DNA of 64,000 nucleotides, taken from positions 64,001 through 128,000 of IMG/VR virus record IMGVR_UViG_3300032287_003559. One strand, 5' to 3'. A program made the translations under genes and the position numbers. Positions 41,385 to 52,811 of this stretch are shown in pieces; position 1 is the stretch's first letter; the number at the start of each line of letters is the position of its first letter. Origin of the DNA: a virus. The notes beneath the pieces were generated by a model. It searched no databases, was not told the origin of the DNA, and was given only the letters and a program-made list of their open reading frames with translations.

Positions 41385-42107
41385 ATGAAAGTAGCATTTT
41401 GTTTTGCTGGACAACCGAGAGATGTAAAAAATACTCTTAATAATATTAAAAAATCTTGGGGAACTCATCAGGAACTAGATTTCTTCTTTCATTCTTGGAT
41501 TCCTGATAGGGAAGGTCCATATAGAATAGACACTCCTTCTGATGTATATACGAAAGATATTAATGATTATATTTTATCTGAACTATCTCCAGTAAAATAT
41601 GAATTTGAAAATCAAATAATTTTTAAAAATTATTATAGAGACTCTATTCATTGGCCAATTCGTAGTTCTAATATTCCAAATCCTTCTCAAAATATCCAAT
41701 CATTTTTTTATTCAATTAAGAGAAGTAATGAACTAAAAAAACAGTATGAGGAAGAAAATAATTTTAAGTATGACTGCGTAATTCGTTGTAGATTTGACTA
41801 TTTGTTTACGAAGATCTATAATATTAGAGATTTTGATTTAAATTATTTGAATGTAAAAAATGATTGCAAGCATACTCCGTATGCAATCAACGATCACATT
41901 GCATTATCAAATAGTGAGAATATGGATTTGTATTCAACAGTATTTGATAATATTCAAGAACACTATAAAAACGGTATTGAATTTAATACAGAAGTTATTC
42001 TTGGATATAATGCTTTTATTAATGGATTAAAATATCACAAAACTTTAGGTGATAATAATGAATCCTATGTTTCAACACAAAAGGAAAGATCTGGAATTTA
42101 TATATGA
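41385..42107 (+). CDS. Glycan-island protein, GT-like (paralog of 35515)
   Basis: MKVAFCFAGQPR, FFHSW, YDCVIRCRFD. Confidence 0.55.
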   Translation: MKVAFCFAGQPRDVKNTLNNIKKSWGTHQELDFFFHSWIPDREGPYRIDTPSDVYTKDINDYILSELSPVKYEFENQIIFKNYYRDSIHWPIRSSNIPNPSQNIQSFFYSIKRSNELKKQYEEENNFKYDCVIRCRFDYLFTKIYNIRDFDLNYLNVKNDCKHTPYAINDHIALSNSENMDLYSTVFDNIQEHYKNGIEFNTEVILGYNAFINGLKYHKTLGDNNESYVSTQKERSGIYI

Positions 42108-43063
42108 ATATTGCATTTATAGGACCTGGTATTATGCCCATTCCCCCGAATGGATGGGGGGCAGTGGAAATGTTGATATGGGATTATGCAACAGTTCTAG
42201 GGAATTTGGGGCATACTGGTGTAATTATCAATACTCCAAATAGGTCTGAAATTATTCAAGAACTTAAAGAAGATGAATTTGATATTGTTCATCTTCATTA
42301 CGATGTTTTTCATGATATTATTCCTGAAATATTGGATACTATTAAAGGTAAATTGATTGTATCTAGTCATTATCCATATATCAATTATCCTGAGATGTGG
42401 GCGAATGATAATTATAGCCCTATAGTAAAAAGTTTTAGTAATAATAAAAATTTTAATATCTTTTCTTCTAGTCAAAAAGATATTAATACCTTTGTTAGTT
42501 ATGGTGCGGATCCTAATAACTGTTGGTTGAGTAGATTGGGTGTTCTTCCAGATTCGTATGCATTTGATGAAAATGCTACTTATGATAGAACACTTTCTTT
42601 TTCACAGATTTGTGATAGAAAGCGCCAATATCTTATCCAAGATTTTGATAATGTTGATTTTATTGGAAGACTGGAATATGGGAAGTTTAACAATAAGGCA
42701 AACTATAAGGGAGAAATGCCCAGAGTAAAATTAAATACGGAAATAACCAAGTATTCTAATTTTACTCTTTTAAGTTCCGTTGAAAATACAACTCCTTTGG
42801 TAGTTAAAGAAGCACTTATTTGTGGATTGGGTGTTGTAGTTTCTGAAGAAGTGTCTGTTGAACTAGACACAAGTTTAGATTTTATTGATGTTATTACAGA
42901 AGATAAGATCGAAGATCTTTCCTATGTTCAAAGTGTTCTGCAAAAAAATAAAGAATACTCTGTAAAAAACAGAAATAAAATTAGAGAGTATGGAATTCAA
43001 ACATTTGGTCTCTCAAATATTTTAGAATTTGAGTATGTTCCCAAAATGCAGTCATTGTTATGA
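42104..43063 (+). CDS. GT-B (GT4-like) glycosyltransferase
   Basis: IPPNGWGAVE, RKRQ, LVVKEAL. Confidence 0.75.
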   Translation: MNIAFIGPGIMPIPPNGWGAVEMLIWDYATVLGNLGHTGVIINTPNRSEIIQELKEDEFDIVHLHYDVFHDIIPEILDTIKGKLIVSSHYPYINYPEMWANDNYSPIVKSFSNNKNFNIFSSSQKDINTFVSYGADPNNCWLSRLGVLPDSYAFDENATYDRTLSFSQICDRKRQYLIQDFDNVDFIGRLEYGKFNNKANYKGEMPRVKLNTEITKYSNFTLLSSVENTTPLVVKEALICGLGVVVSEEVSVELDTSLDFIDVITEDKIEDLSYVQSVLQKNKEYSVKNRNKIREYGIQTFGLSNILEFEYVPKMQSLL

Positions 43064-44013
43064 AAATAAGTATCATCGGTCCAGCTACACAAATTCCCCC
43101 TGTAGGATGGGGAGCAGTTGAAAGTTTAATTTGGGATTATAAGATATCTCTAGAAGAGATGGACCATAAAGTTCAAATTATAAACATTGAAAATCCTAAC
43201 GAAATTATTCAGCGGATTAATCAATTTAGACCAGATTTTGTTCATATCAATTATGATGATTGGATTGTTCTCTATCCATATATTCAATATCCTTGTGCAA
43301 TAACTTCTCACTTCGGATATATTGAAAGACCTGATATGATGGGAGGATACATAAACATTTTCAACTTATTCCAAAATTATAAACCAAATATTTTTTGCTT
43401 GTCCGAAAGCATTAAAAAAGTTTATAAAGTTTTTTCTGGTATCTCTGAAGATAAATTATTTGTTACTCCTAATGGCGTAAATCTTTCTATCTTTAAAAAA
43501 GAAAGAGAACCAAAGTATCCAGATAGAAGCATTTATCTTGCAAAAATAGATTATCGCAAACGCCAACACTTATTTCAATCTATTGAAAGTCTTTGGTATG
43601 CTGGTAATATTGCTGATAGTAGATTTGATATATCCAAAAATTATCTTGGAGAATGGAATAAAACACAACTCCATAATCAGTTGACCGATTATGGTAATCT
43701 GGTATTATTGAGTGATGGTGAAGCGCATTCATTAGTATTGATGGAAGCACTTGCATCTGGTCTTGGAATTGTAATTAGCGAATTTGCAACAGCAAATCTT
43801 GATCTTGATAAAAATTTTATCGATGTTATTCCAGAAAAAAGAATAAATGATCTTGAATATGTTGAAAGTATCATTGTAAAAAACAGGGAATATTCTATTA
43901 CTCATCGTGAAGAAATTATTGAATATTCTCAAAATTTTGGATGGTCAAATATAATAAAAAATTATTATCTACCTAGTGTTCAAAAATTAATTGCAAATTA
44001 TGATAGGATTTAA
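43060..44013 (+). CDS. GT-B (GT4-like) glycosyltransferase, paralog of the previous gene
   Basis: IPPVGWGAVE, TPNGV, RKRQ, EAHSLVLMEALASGL. Confidence 0.78.
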   Translation: MKISIIGPATQIPPVGWGAVESLIWDYKISLEEMDHKVQIINIENPNEIIQRINQFRPDFVHINYDDWIVLYPYIQYPCAITSHFGYIERPDMMGGYINIFNLFQNYKPNIFCLSESIKKVYKVFSGISEDKLFVTPNGVNLSIFKKEREPKYPDRSIYLAKIDYRKRQHLFQSIESLWYAGNIADSRFDISKNYLGEWNKTQLHNQLTDYGNLVLLSDGEAHSLVLMEALASGLGIVISEFATANLDLDKNFIDVIPEKRINDLEYVESIIVKNREYSITHREEIIEYSQNFGWSNIIKNYYLPSVQKLIANYDRI

Positions 44014-44794
44014 TGCTTTGGGGCAACTTGGTAGACTTGGAAATCAAATGTTCCAGTTTGCTTCGCTTAAGGGAATCGCAAGAAACCGTGGATATGAATA
44101 TTGCTTTCCTCCCACACAAAATAAAAATGAATGGACAGACCATCAATTGTTCAATCCTTTTAAACTTAGTAGAACTAGTCAACTAAATGTTCAGTTTATT
44201 GACGCAAATAGACCTACTATTGCGGAAAGTGGATTTTCATTTGATGAAAAGTTATTTAATGAATGTCCAGATTGGGTTTGTATTCAAGGATTTTTTCAGT
44301 CTGAAAAATATTTTAAACATATTGAAAATGAAATTAGATCTGATTTTGAATTCAAAGATGAAATTCTTAATCCTTGTAAAGAGATGATTTCTCAACTGGA
44401 TTCCTCCCCAATTGCACTTCACATCCGCAGAACAGATTATATTACCAATTCTAATCATACTGTATTGGATTTGGAATATTATCAAAAAGCATTAGATGAG
44501 TTCGATAAAGAAGTTACAGTTCTTGTGTTTTCTGATGATCCTGGTTGGTGTAATCAGCAAGATATTTTCTCATCAGATAGATTTCTTATTGCCGAAGGAA
44601 ATTCTAATTATGTTGATTTGTGTTTGATGTCTCTGTGTTCTGGTCACATTATTGCCAACTCTTCATTTTCTTGGTGGGGTGCTTGGCTAGCAAACAATAA
44701 TAAAGTTGTAGCACCTTCTGGATGGTTTTCTGGGTCTAATAATGAGCACCTAGATATTAAAGATTTGATTCCCGAAACTTGGATGGTGATTTAA
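44000..44794 (+). CDS. GT11 alpha-1,2-fucosyltransferase
   Basis: GRLGNQMFQ, HIRRTDY, VFSDD, ANSSFSWWGAWL. Confidence 0.92.
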   Translation: MIGFNALGQLGRLGNQMFQFASLKGIARNRGYEYCFPPTQNKNEWTDHQLFNPFKLSRTSQLNVQFIDANRPTIAESGFSFDEKLFNECPDWVCIQGFFQSEKYFKHIENEIRSDFEFKDEILNPCKEMISQLDSSPIALHIRRTDYITNSNHTVLDLEYYQKALDEFDKEVTVLVFSDDPGWCNQQDIFSSDRFLIAEGNSNYVDLCLMSLCSGHIIANSSFSWWGAWLANNNKVVAPSGWFSGSNNEHLDIKDLIPETWMVI

Positions 44795-45510
44795 TGAAAA
44801 TTGCGATTTGTTTTATTGGTACTGGAAAGTATTTAAACTTTCTTCCAAAATATTATGAAAATATTCATGAATATTTTCTTCCCAATAGCGAAAAAACTTT
44901 TTTAGTTTTTACGGATGGTGAAGGAGATTTTCCTGAAGATGTTAAAGTATATAAACAAAAACATCTTGAATGGCCTTATATTACCTTAACAAGATTTGGA
45001 ATTATTCAAAAAGCAAAAGAAGAAATTGAAAAGAATGATTGGTTTGTTTTTATTGATGCAGACGCTTTGGTAGTCAATTCAATTACTGAAGAAGAGTTTT
45101 TTGATGATACTAAATCATTTTTTGGAGTCCATCATCCATGTCATTTTCTTCAGATGTCTCCGCATAATGAATATCCTGGAGCATTTGAAACAAATCCACA
45201 GTCTCTTTCTCATATCACTCAAACAGATGATTTGTCTACTTATTATCAAGGATGTTTATGGGGAGGAAAAGTTCCAGATGTTCTTAAGATGATTGAAGAA
45301 CTTGATTGTAGAGTAAACAAAGATCTTGAAAATGATGTGATTGCCGTATGGCATGATGAAAGTCATATCAATAAATTTTTTATTGAACAAAAGGAGTATG
45401 TGAATACTTTAGGTCCAGAGTATGCATACCCAGAAGTATTTTCTAGTTATTGCAAATTCGACCCAAAGATAGTACACTTAGCAAAAAATAACTCAAAATA
45501 TCATGTTTGA
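44794..45510 (+). CDS. GT6 glycosyltransferase
   Basis: IGTGKY, VFTD, DAD, WHDESHINK. Confidence 0.88.
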   Translation: MKIAICFIGTGKYLNFLPKYYENIHEYFLPNSEKTFLVFTDGEGDFPEDVKVYKQKHLEWPYITLTRFGIIQKAKEEIEKNDWFVFIDADALVVNSITEEEFFDDTKSFFGVHHPCHFLQMSPHNEYPGAFETNPQSLSHITQTDDLSTYYQGCLWGGKVPDVLKMIEELDCRVNKDLENDVIAVWHDESHINKFFIEQKEYVNTLGPEYAYPEVFSSYCKFDPKIVHLAKNNSKYHV

Positions 45511-46312
45511 ATTAAACGATAAAAATAAATCTACCTATAAACTCAAAGGTATTGGTCCGATCTATTATTTAAATCTTGATGGGCAACCAGAAAGAAGGAA
45601 ATATATGGAGGATCAATTTAAATATTGGGAGGTTGAAAATTATACTCGTATTTCTGCATATGATGGACGAGAAGATGATCTAAGTGATATCTTAGTTGGG
45701 CGGTATCCTGAAATGATGACCTCTGGAGAAATTGGATGTATTACTTCTCATCTAAAAGCAATTAAACATTGGTATGAAACATCCGATAGTCCATATGCAG
45801 TCATTATGGAAGATGATTGTAATTTGGATTTAGTCCGATATTGGAATTTTACCTGGGATGATTTTTATGCACATATCCCATATGATTGGGATATTGTACA
45901 AATTGCTATTATCTGTACTGGAGATCTTCATGTTAAACTTCATAAAAGATTTGTAAATGATTTCTCTACAGCTTGTTATCTGATTACTAGACATCATGCA
46001 GAAAAACTTATTAAGTTCCATACTAGAGGAGATAAGTATAAACTTGATAATGGAGTTAAACCACGTCCAGTTGCTGATGACTTGATTTATAATTCCGGAA
46101 ATACTTATTCAATTCCTCTTCTCCTCTATAGAACTGAACTTGGGTCTTCTATCCATCCAGAACACGTTGATGCATTTCATAAAGCTAATTTCAATGCACT
46201 ATCTCAATTCTGGGAACAAAACAGTTCTCAAATCGATATTAAAGATTATATGAACTATGATCCATATCTTGGTCGTATAGTTGAAAATTCTTCTGCCCAA
46301 CAAAATCCTTGA
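45503..46312 (+). CDS. GT25 glycosyltransferase
   Basis: YLNLD...ERR, GEIGCITSH, IMEDD. Confidence 0.88.
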   Translation: MFELNDKNKSTYKLKGIGPIYYLNLDGQPERRKYMEDQFKYWEVENYTRISAYDGREDDLSDILVGRYPEMMTSGEIGCITSHLKAIKHWYETSDSPYAVIMEDDCNLDLVRYWNFTWDDFYAHIPYDWDIVQIAIICTGDLHVKLHKRFVNDFSTACYLITRHHAEKLIKFHTRGDKYKLDNGVKPRPVADDLIYNSGNTYSIPLLLYRTELGSSIHPEHVDAFHKANFNALSQFWEQNSSQIDIKDYMNYDPYLGRIVENSSAQQNP

Positions 46313-46436
46313 CGGATTTGAAAAATCATATTAGAATACTTGCATCTTAAGGGTTGCTTAAGACATTCTAAATAACGAGGGTTTCTTTTTAGTTAGAAAT
46401 CTTCATATTGTCGTTTAGTACAAAATACAAATTTTT

Positions 46437-47909
46437 ATGAAACTCAAACAACTGATGCTTGCACCTGTTGCTCTTGGAATGATTGCTCCTGCTGCTGCGA
46501 ATGCGGCAGATCTGAATATGGCAGCAGTCAATCAATATTCTACGGAACAGGTCACAAGCGTCTCACAATTCTCTGATGTAAAGCCTACCGATTGGGCATA
46601 TCAGGCACTCAGCAACCTCGTAGAGCGTTATGGTTGCGTTGCTGGATATCCTAACGGCACCTTTGGTGGTGGTAAGGCAATGACCCGCTATGAGGCAGCA
46701 GCACTTCTGAATGCTTGCCTCGATCGTGTGACTGAAGTTACCGATGAACTCAAGCGTCTTCAGAATGAATTCTCACAAGAACTCGCTGTTCTTCGTGGTC
46801 GTGTTGATGCTGCTGAGGCACGTATCGGTCAACTGGAAGCAACTCAGTTCTCCACCACTACTAAACTGCGTGGTGAAGCAACCTTCGTTCTGGGTGGCGT
46901 TCCTGGTTATGATACCAAGACTGATGTAAGCACTCGTACTGCTTTCAACTATGATGTTCGTCTGAACTTTGATACTTCGTTTACTGGTAAGGATCTGCTC
47001 CGTACCCGTCTGCGTTCTTCTAACTTCAGTGCTGATCCTTTTGGTTCGTCTTCCTCCCTGTTCAAACTGGACAAGGCTGATAACACCCAATCGGAAACTG
47101 GCGATAACGTAGTGATTGATCGTCTCTACTATTCGTTCCCTGCTCTGAACAACCGTGCAACTCTGACCCTTGGTGCTAAGGTCCGTAACACCGAAATGGC
47201 TTGGTTGCCTACTGCATACAAGTCGGAAGTTCTTGACTTCTTTGCTGTTGCTGGTGCTCCTGGCGTTTATAACAAGGCAACTGGTGCTGGTTTCGGTGCT
47301 CTGTGGAGTCAAGGTAAGACTGGTTTCGTTGCTGGTGTAAACTATGTTGCTCAAAAGGGTGACGACAGCGAAACTGGTGTCTTTGATGAAACCAGCGGTC
47401 TGAACACTCTGGCACAAATCGGTTACCGTGGTAAGAACTGGGGTATCGGTGCTGGTTACCGTTATGGTACTGAAGGTACTCGTGTTCGCACCTACAACGG
47501 TCTGAATGGAGCTGGTGGTACTCTGGTTCCTGGTCAAACCTCTAATGGTTATGCCGTGAACGCATACTGGCAACCTACTAAGTCTGGTATCGTTCCTTCC
47601 ATCTCTGCTGGTTATGGTTGGAACACCGTGAGTGGTACTGCAAGTGCTGCTACCGATAGTCAGTCGTGGTTTGCTGGTCTCCAGTGGGCAGATGTACTTG
47701 CTAAGGGCAACTCTGCTGGTATTGCTATCGGTCAAGCACCTACGGGCGAAGACCTTGAGGCAGCAACGATGCTTGAAATCTTCTACAAGTATCAAGTTTC
47801 GGATAACATTAGTATCACTCCTGCGATCTTTTACGCAAGTGATAATCAACGCCTGATTGGTGATGCCTCTAAGTGGGGTGGCGTGATCCAGACCAAGTTT
47901 ACGTTCTGA
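46437..47909 (+). CDS. Cyanobacterial SLH-domain outer-membrane porin (Som/OprB type)
   Basis: Signal peptide, SDVKPTDWAYQAL..LVERYGC..GYP, FSTTTKL.GE, C-terminal F. Confidence 0.93.
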   Translation: MKLKQLMLAPVALGMIAPAAANAADLNMAAVNQYSTEQVTSVSQFSDVKPTDWAYQALSNLVERYGCVAGYPNGTFGGGKAMTRYEAAALLNACLDRVTEVTDELKRLQNEFSQELAVLRGRVDAAEARIGQLEATQFSTTTKLRGEATFVLGGVPGYDTKTDVSTRTAFNYDVRLNFDTSFTGKDLLRTRLRSSNFSADPFGSSSSLFKLDKADNTQSETGDNVVIDRLYYSFPALNNRATLTLGAKVRNTEMAWLPTAYKSEVLDFFAVAGAPGVYNKATGAGFGALWSQGKTGFVAGVNYVAQKGDDSETGVFDETSGLNTLAQIGYRGKNWGIGAGYRYGTEGTRVRTYNGLNGAGGTLVPGQTSNGYAVNAYWQPTKSGIVPSISAGYGWNTVSGTASAATDSQSWFAGLQWADVLAKGNSAGIAIGQAPTGEDLEAATMLEIFYKYQVSDNISITPAIFYASDNQRLIGDASKWGGVIQTKFTF

Positions 47910-47912
47910 TAA

Positions 47913-49220
<1,308 letters not shown>

Positions 49221-49222
49221 AC

Positions 49223-49250
49223 CTTAACCAATTCTTAGTGGACTTTAATT
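49223..49250 (+). promoter_or_regulatory. Pho-box-like repeats upstream of pstS
   Basis: CTTAACCA-att-CTTAGTGG-ac-TTTAATT, ~11-bp period. Confidence 0.5.
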
Positions 49251-49303
49251 TTTTTCTCTAGTAGAATTACTTACGAAGTCGTTACTTTTACTTCAAACTT
49301 TTT

Positions 49304-50269
49304 ATGAAACTCAAAAACTTTATTGCTATTGGTCTGGTTGCTGCTCCTGTTGGTGCTATTGCTGGACCTGCTTTGAATGGTGCAGGTGCCACCTTCCCTG
49401 CACCTCTTTATCAACGTTGGTTCCAAGATTATGCACGAACTTCTGGGAGTAGGGTTAATTATCAGTCCGTTGGTTCTGGCGCTGGTATTCGTCAATTTGT
49501 TGCAGGCACAGTTGACTTCGCAGCAAGCGACGAACCAATCAAACCCGCAGAAGCAGCAAAAGTGAAGCGTGGTGTCGTTCAGTTCCCTGCTGTGGGTGGA
49601 ACGATCGCTGTTGCTTATAATAAACCCGGTTGCACTCTGAAACTCACTCAGAAGCAGACTGTAGATATCTTTGCTGGACGCATTAAGGATTGGAACAAAC
49701 TACCTAACTGTGGTAATGGTCCCATTCGCGTTGTTCATCGTTCTGATGGTTCTGGAACCACCTTTGCTTTCACTAACTCTCTGGAAGCATTTGGTGGTTG
49801 GACTTATGGCGTTGCAAAGGCAGTCAACTGGCCTACTGGTGTTGGTGCAAAAGGTAATGAAGGTGTTTCTGGAACTATTCGTAACACTCCTGGTGCGATT
49901 GGTTATGTGAATACTGGATTTATAAAAGCAAACAAACTTCAAGCAGCAGCAATTCAAAATAAGGCAGGGCAGTTTGTTCTTCCTTCTGCTAAGTCTGGTG
50001 CTGCTGCTCTGAATAGTATTTCTCTGGATAGCAATCTTGCAGGAGAAAATCCTAATCCTGCAGGTGCTGGTGCATATCCTATCTCCACACTTACTTGGAT
50101 TCTTGCTTATAAGACTGGTAATGGTGCTGAGACAGATGACCTCCAGAAAACCTTTAACTATATTCTGAGCGGTAAGGCACAGATGATTGCTGATGATCTG
50201 GGTTATGTTCCTCTTGCAGGAAGCGTTCTAAACAAGTCTCGTATTGCTGTGAAGCGTATTGGTCAGTAA
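49304..50269 (+). CDS. pstS: Phosphate-binding protein PstS
   Basis: GAGATFPAPLY, YQSVGSGAG, HRSDGSGTT, GAKGNEGV. Confidence 0.96.
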   Translation: MKLKNFIAIGLVAAPVGAIAGPALNGAGATFPAPLYQRWFQDYARTSGSRVNYQSVGSGAGIRQFVAGTVDFAASDEPIKPAEAAKVKRGVVQFPAVGGTIAVAYNKPGCTLKLTQKQTVDIFAGRIKDWNKLPNCGNGPIRVVHRSDGSGTTFAFTNSLEAFGGWTYGVAKAVNWPTGVGAKGNEGVSGTIRNTPGAIGYVNTGFIKANKLQAAAIQNKAGQFVLPSAKSGAAALNSISLDSNLAGENPNPAGAGAYPISTLTWILAYKTGNGAETDDLQKTFNYILSGKAQMIADDLGYVPLAGSVLNKSRIAVKRIGQ

Positions 50270-50342
50270 ATGTTAACAGGAGGGGCTTGACGGTCCCTCT
50301 TTTTTTCTATATAATACTGTAACAATTCGTAATAAAACGAAA

Positions 50343-50552
50343 ATGACTGTAACAAAAAATGAATTTGGTCAAATGAATATGTGGGCAAAAGAACCCTCTA
50401 TGTATATGACAAAAGAAGATCTTGAGCGTTATGGAATTGAACCATATGCTGAAAAGGCAGAAAAAATGAATGGTCGTTGGGCAATGATGGGATTTGTTGC
50501 TGGTGTTATTTCTTATGCTATCACTGGTAACTTCTTCTTTGGTGTATTCTGA
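50343..50552 (+). CDS. hli: High-light-inducible protein
   Basis: AEKMNGRWAMMGF; TTGACG/TATAAT promoter at 50288-50315. Confidence 0.92.
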   Translation: MTVTKNEFGQMNMWAKEPSMYMTKEDLERYGIEPYAEKAEKMNGRWAMMGFVAGVISYAITGNFFFGVF

Positions 50553-50637
50553 TGACTGAGTTTATTTTCACTTTCACTGGTATTGCATTTTTGGTTCTTC
50601 TGAGTTATTCTGTAGAGAAAGTTTGCGAAACATACTA

Positions 50638-50913
50638 ATGAGTGCTGATATGCTCGGGCAATTTTCAATTGCTCTTGAAAAACTTGGATGGTCTAATGAT
50701 GATGTAATCTCAGTTGAAATTGGTGGTGTAGCAGTCACAGGAACTGCAACTCACTCAGATGCAAATCCAAAGTGGGCAAAGCCATACGGAACTGTAACTT
50801 ATCAGAATGATGCATTTATTGTCATCAAAAATAAAACCAGAAATCCTGTGGTTTCGTCCCAACCAAATCCTGAACTTAAACAACAACACCCTTATAAAGG
50901 AGAAAACAAATGA
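50638..50913 (+). CDS. Hypothetical protein
   Basis: ORF between hli genes; start uncertain. Confidence 0.6.
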   Translation: MSADMLGQFSIALEKLGWSNDDVISVEIGGVAVTGTATHSDANPKWAKPYGTVTYQNDAFIVIKNKTRNPVVSSQPNPELKQQHPYKGENK

Positions 50914-51029
50914 ACAAAATTTTTACTGAGCGCGCAGAGCGTATTAATGGATGGGCTGCAATGATCGGATTTGTTGCTGCTGCTGGTTCTTATCTGGTTA
51001 CTGGGCAAATTATTCCCGGTGTATTTTGA
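50910..51029 (+). CDS. hli: Second high-light-inducible protein (39 aa, not in ORF track)
   Basis: MNKIFTERAERINGWAAMIGFVAAAGSYLVTGQIIPGVF; SD AAGGAG. Confidence 0.92.
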   Translation: MNKIFTERAERINGWAAMIGFVAAAGSYLVTGQIIPGVF

Positions 51030-51040
51030 TGGAGGTTCCT

Positions 51041-51568
51041 ATGCGTAAAGAAGGTTATCAAATTCCTCAAGTTGAGTTTGTGTTCCGTGAAGCAGGTGAG
51101 TTTGTAACACGTACTTCTACCGAACTTTTCAATAGCAAGCGTGTTGTAATCTTCTCTCTTCCTGGTGCGTTTACTCCTACATGTAGTGCCTATCAACTTC
51201 CTGGTTTTGAGGAAAAGTTTGAAGACTTTAAAGCACTTGGTATTGATGAGATTTATTGCATCTCTGTGAATGATGGTTTTGTAATGAATGCTTGGGCACA
51301 AGATCAAAATATTCAAAACGTAAAACTAATTCCCGATGGAAATGCATATTTCACCCGTTCGATGGGTATGCTCGTCAATAAGTCGAACCTTGGGTTCGGT
51401 GAGCGTAGTTGGCGTTACGCTGCTGTGGTAAAAGACGGTATTATTGAAAAACTGTTTGTTGAACCTGGAAAGCGTGATAATTCCCCAGAAGATCCTTATG
51501 GTGAAACAACTCCAGAAAATGTTTTGAATTATATTAGATCATCTGTATTAGAGATGGAACTTGTTTGA
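51041..51568 (+). CDS. Peroxiredoxin (Prx5/type II)
   Basis: PGAFTPTCS, SVNDGFVM.AW, RSWRYA; SD GGAGG. Confidence 0.92.
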   Translation: MRKEGYQIPQVEFVFREAGEFVTRTSTELFNSKRVVIFSLPGAFTPTCSAYQLPGFEEKFEDFKALGIDEIYCISVNDGFVMNAWAQDQNIQNVKLIPDGNAYFTRSMGMLVNKSNLGFGERSWRYAAVVKDGIIEKLFVEPGKRDNSPEDPYGETTPENVLNYIRSSVLEMELV

Positions 51569-51627
51569 TTTTAAGGAGGGTTTAACCCTCCTTTTTACTA
51601 AATACATTTACTCTATGTTTGGGAAAG

Positions 51628-52323
51628 ATGAGAGTAGATCTTCATAACTTCTTTAAGCATTATGATGAAAATAATCCAAAACATGTTGCAGCAGTAGAGC
51701 AACTTGAAGTGGATCTTGCAAGTAAGAATCCAGATTTGATCGATGATGCCTCAAACTGGGTTCGCATCTATAGAACAGTTCCTGCAGTTCCGGGAATTCT
51801 TCCAGTTCCTTATTATCCACAGACAGATAACTACAGAGACGCACAAAGAACCTGTAACTCATCTTCTTGTGCGATGTGTCTAGAATACTTTAAACCAGGC
51901 ACGTTACAAGGGGCAAAGGGCGATGATGCCTATATTCAAAAGGTATTTGCTATTGGTGATACAACTGATCACTCCGTCCAGACGAAAGTTCTGGAAGGTT
52001 ATGGAGTTAAGTCACACTTCAGTTACAATCTTTCTTTCTCTGATCTTGATCGTGAGCTTGCCGCTGGGAGACCTGTCGTTATCGGGATTCTTCATAGGGG
52101 CACTTTATCTGCACCTACTGGTGGGCACATGGTTGTAGTCATCGGTAAAAAGGGTGAAGACTACGTAGTAAATGATCCGTATGGATCTTTGAATGATGGT
52201 TATACGGGAGCAGTAACCAACGGTAAAGGTGCTGTATATAAGAAATCAGATCTGATGTATCGTTGGTTAGATCATGGTAAGGATAGAACTGGTTGGGGTC
52301 GTATTTTTGATATAAAAAAGTAG
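51628..52323 (+). CDS. C39-like peptidase domain protein
   Basis: VPYYPQTDN...TCNSSSCAM, GGHMVV, VNDPYG. Confidence 0.82.
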   Translation: MRVDLHNFFKHYDENNPKHVAAVEQLEVDLASKNPDLIDDASNWVRIYRTVPAVPGILPVPYYPQTDNYRDAQRTCNSSSCAMCLEYFKPGTLQGAKGDDAYIQKVFAIGDTTDHSVQTKVLEGYGVKSHFSYNLSFSDLDRELAAGRPVVIGILHRGTLSAPTGGHMVVVIGKKGEDYVVNDPYGSLNDGYTGAVTNGKGAVYKKSDLMYRWLDHGKDRTGWGRIFDIKK

Positions 52324-52368
52324 AACCAACACCACCACCAAAAAATGACATCCCTTTGTGTGGTGTTG
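52314..52368 (+). promoter_or_regulatory. Putative -1 programmed ribosomal frameshift signal
   Basis: A AAA AAG TAG, 6-nt spacer, CAACACCAC/GTGGTGTTG stem. Confidence 0.75.
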
Positions 52369-52811
52369 AATTAATTAAATCTTTTGAGGGATGTCGTTTA
52401 AATGCATATCCTGATCCATTAACCGGAGGTCTTCCAATCACAATCGGTTGGGGGAGTACAAAAGATTTTGATCGAACTCCTTTTAAGATGGGTAAAGTGA
52501 TTACTCAAAAGTATGCAGACACTCTACTTGAGTTTGAGTTAAGAAATAGATACCTTCCTTCCCTACAAAAAATACCATATTGGGACGAAATGAATGAAAA
52601 TCAAAGAGGGGCTTTGCTTTGCTTTGCTTACAATCTTGGTGCAGATTTTTATGGTAATTCTAACTTCAGTACTATTACAAGGATCTTAAAGAATAGGGAA
52701 TGGAATAAAGTTCCTGATGCACTATACCTTTACCGTAATCCAGGAACTAAAGTTGAAGCAGGATTAGTAAGAAGAAGAGTTGCTGAAGGAAATCTTTGGT
52801 CTAGACCATAA
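52320..52811 (+). CDS. GH24 lysozyme domain, probably expressed as a frameshift fusion
   Basis: FEGCRLNAYPD...TIGWG, FAYNLG, GLVRRR.AE; no in-frame ATG before the domain. Confidence 0.85.
   Translation, partial: VEPTPPPKNDIPLCGVELIKSFEGCRLNAYPDPLTGGLPITIGWGSTKDFDRTPFKMGKVITQKYADTLLEFELRNRYLPSLQKIPYWDEMNENQRGALLCFAYNLGADFYGNSNFSTITRILKNREWNKVPDALYLYRNPGTKVEAGLVRRRVAEGNLWSRP

Noticed and set aside
46773-47849. 358-aa minus-strand ORF
   Set aside because: Antisense shadow of the codon-biased porin gene; no motifs.
50951-51040. Cys-rich N-terminal extension of the peroxiredoxin
   Set aside because: Alternate-frame reading of the second hli gene; the true start is 51041 (or 51029).
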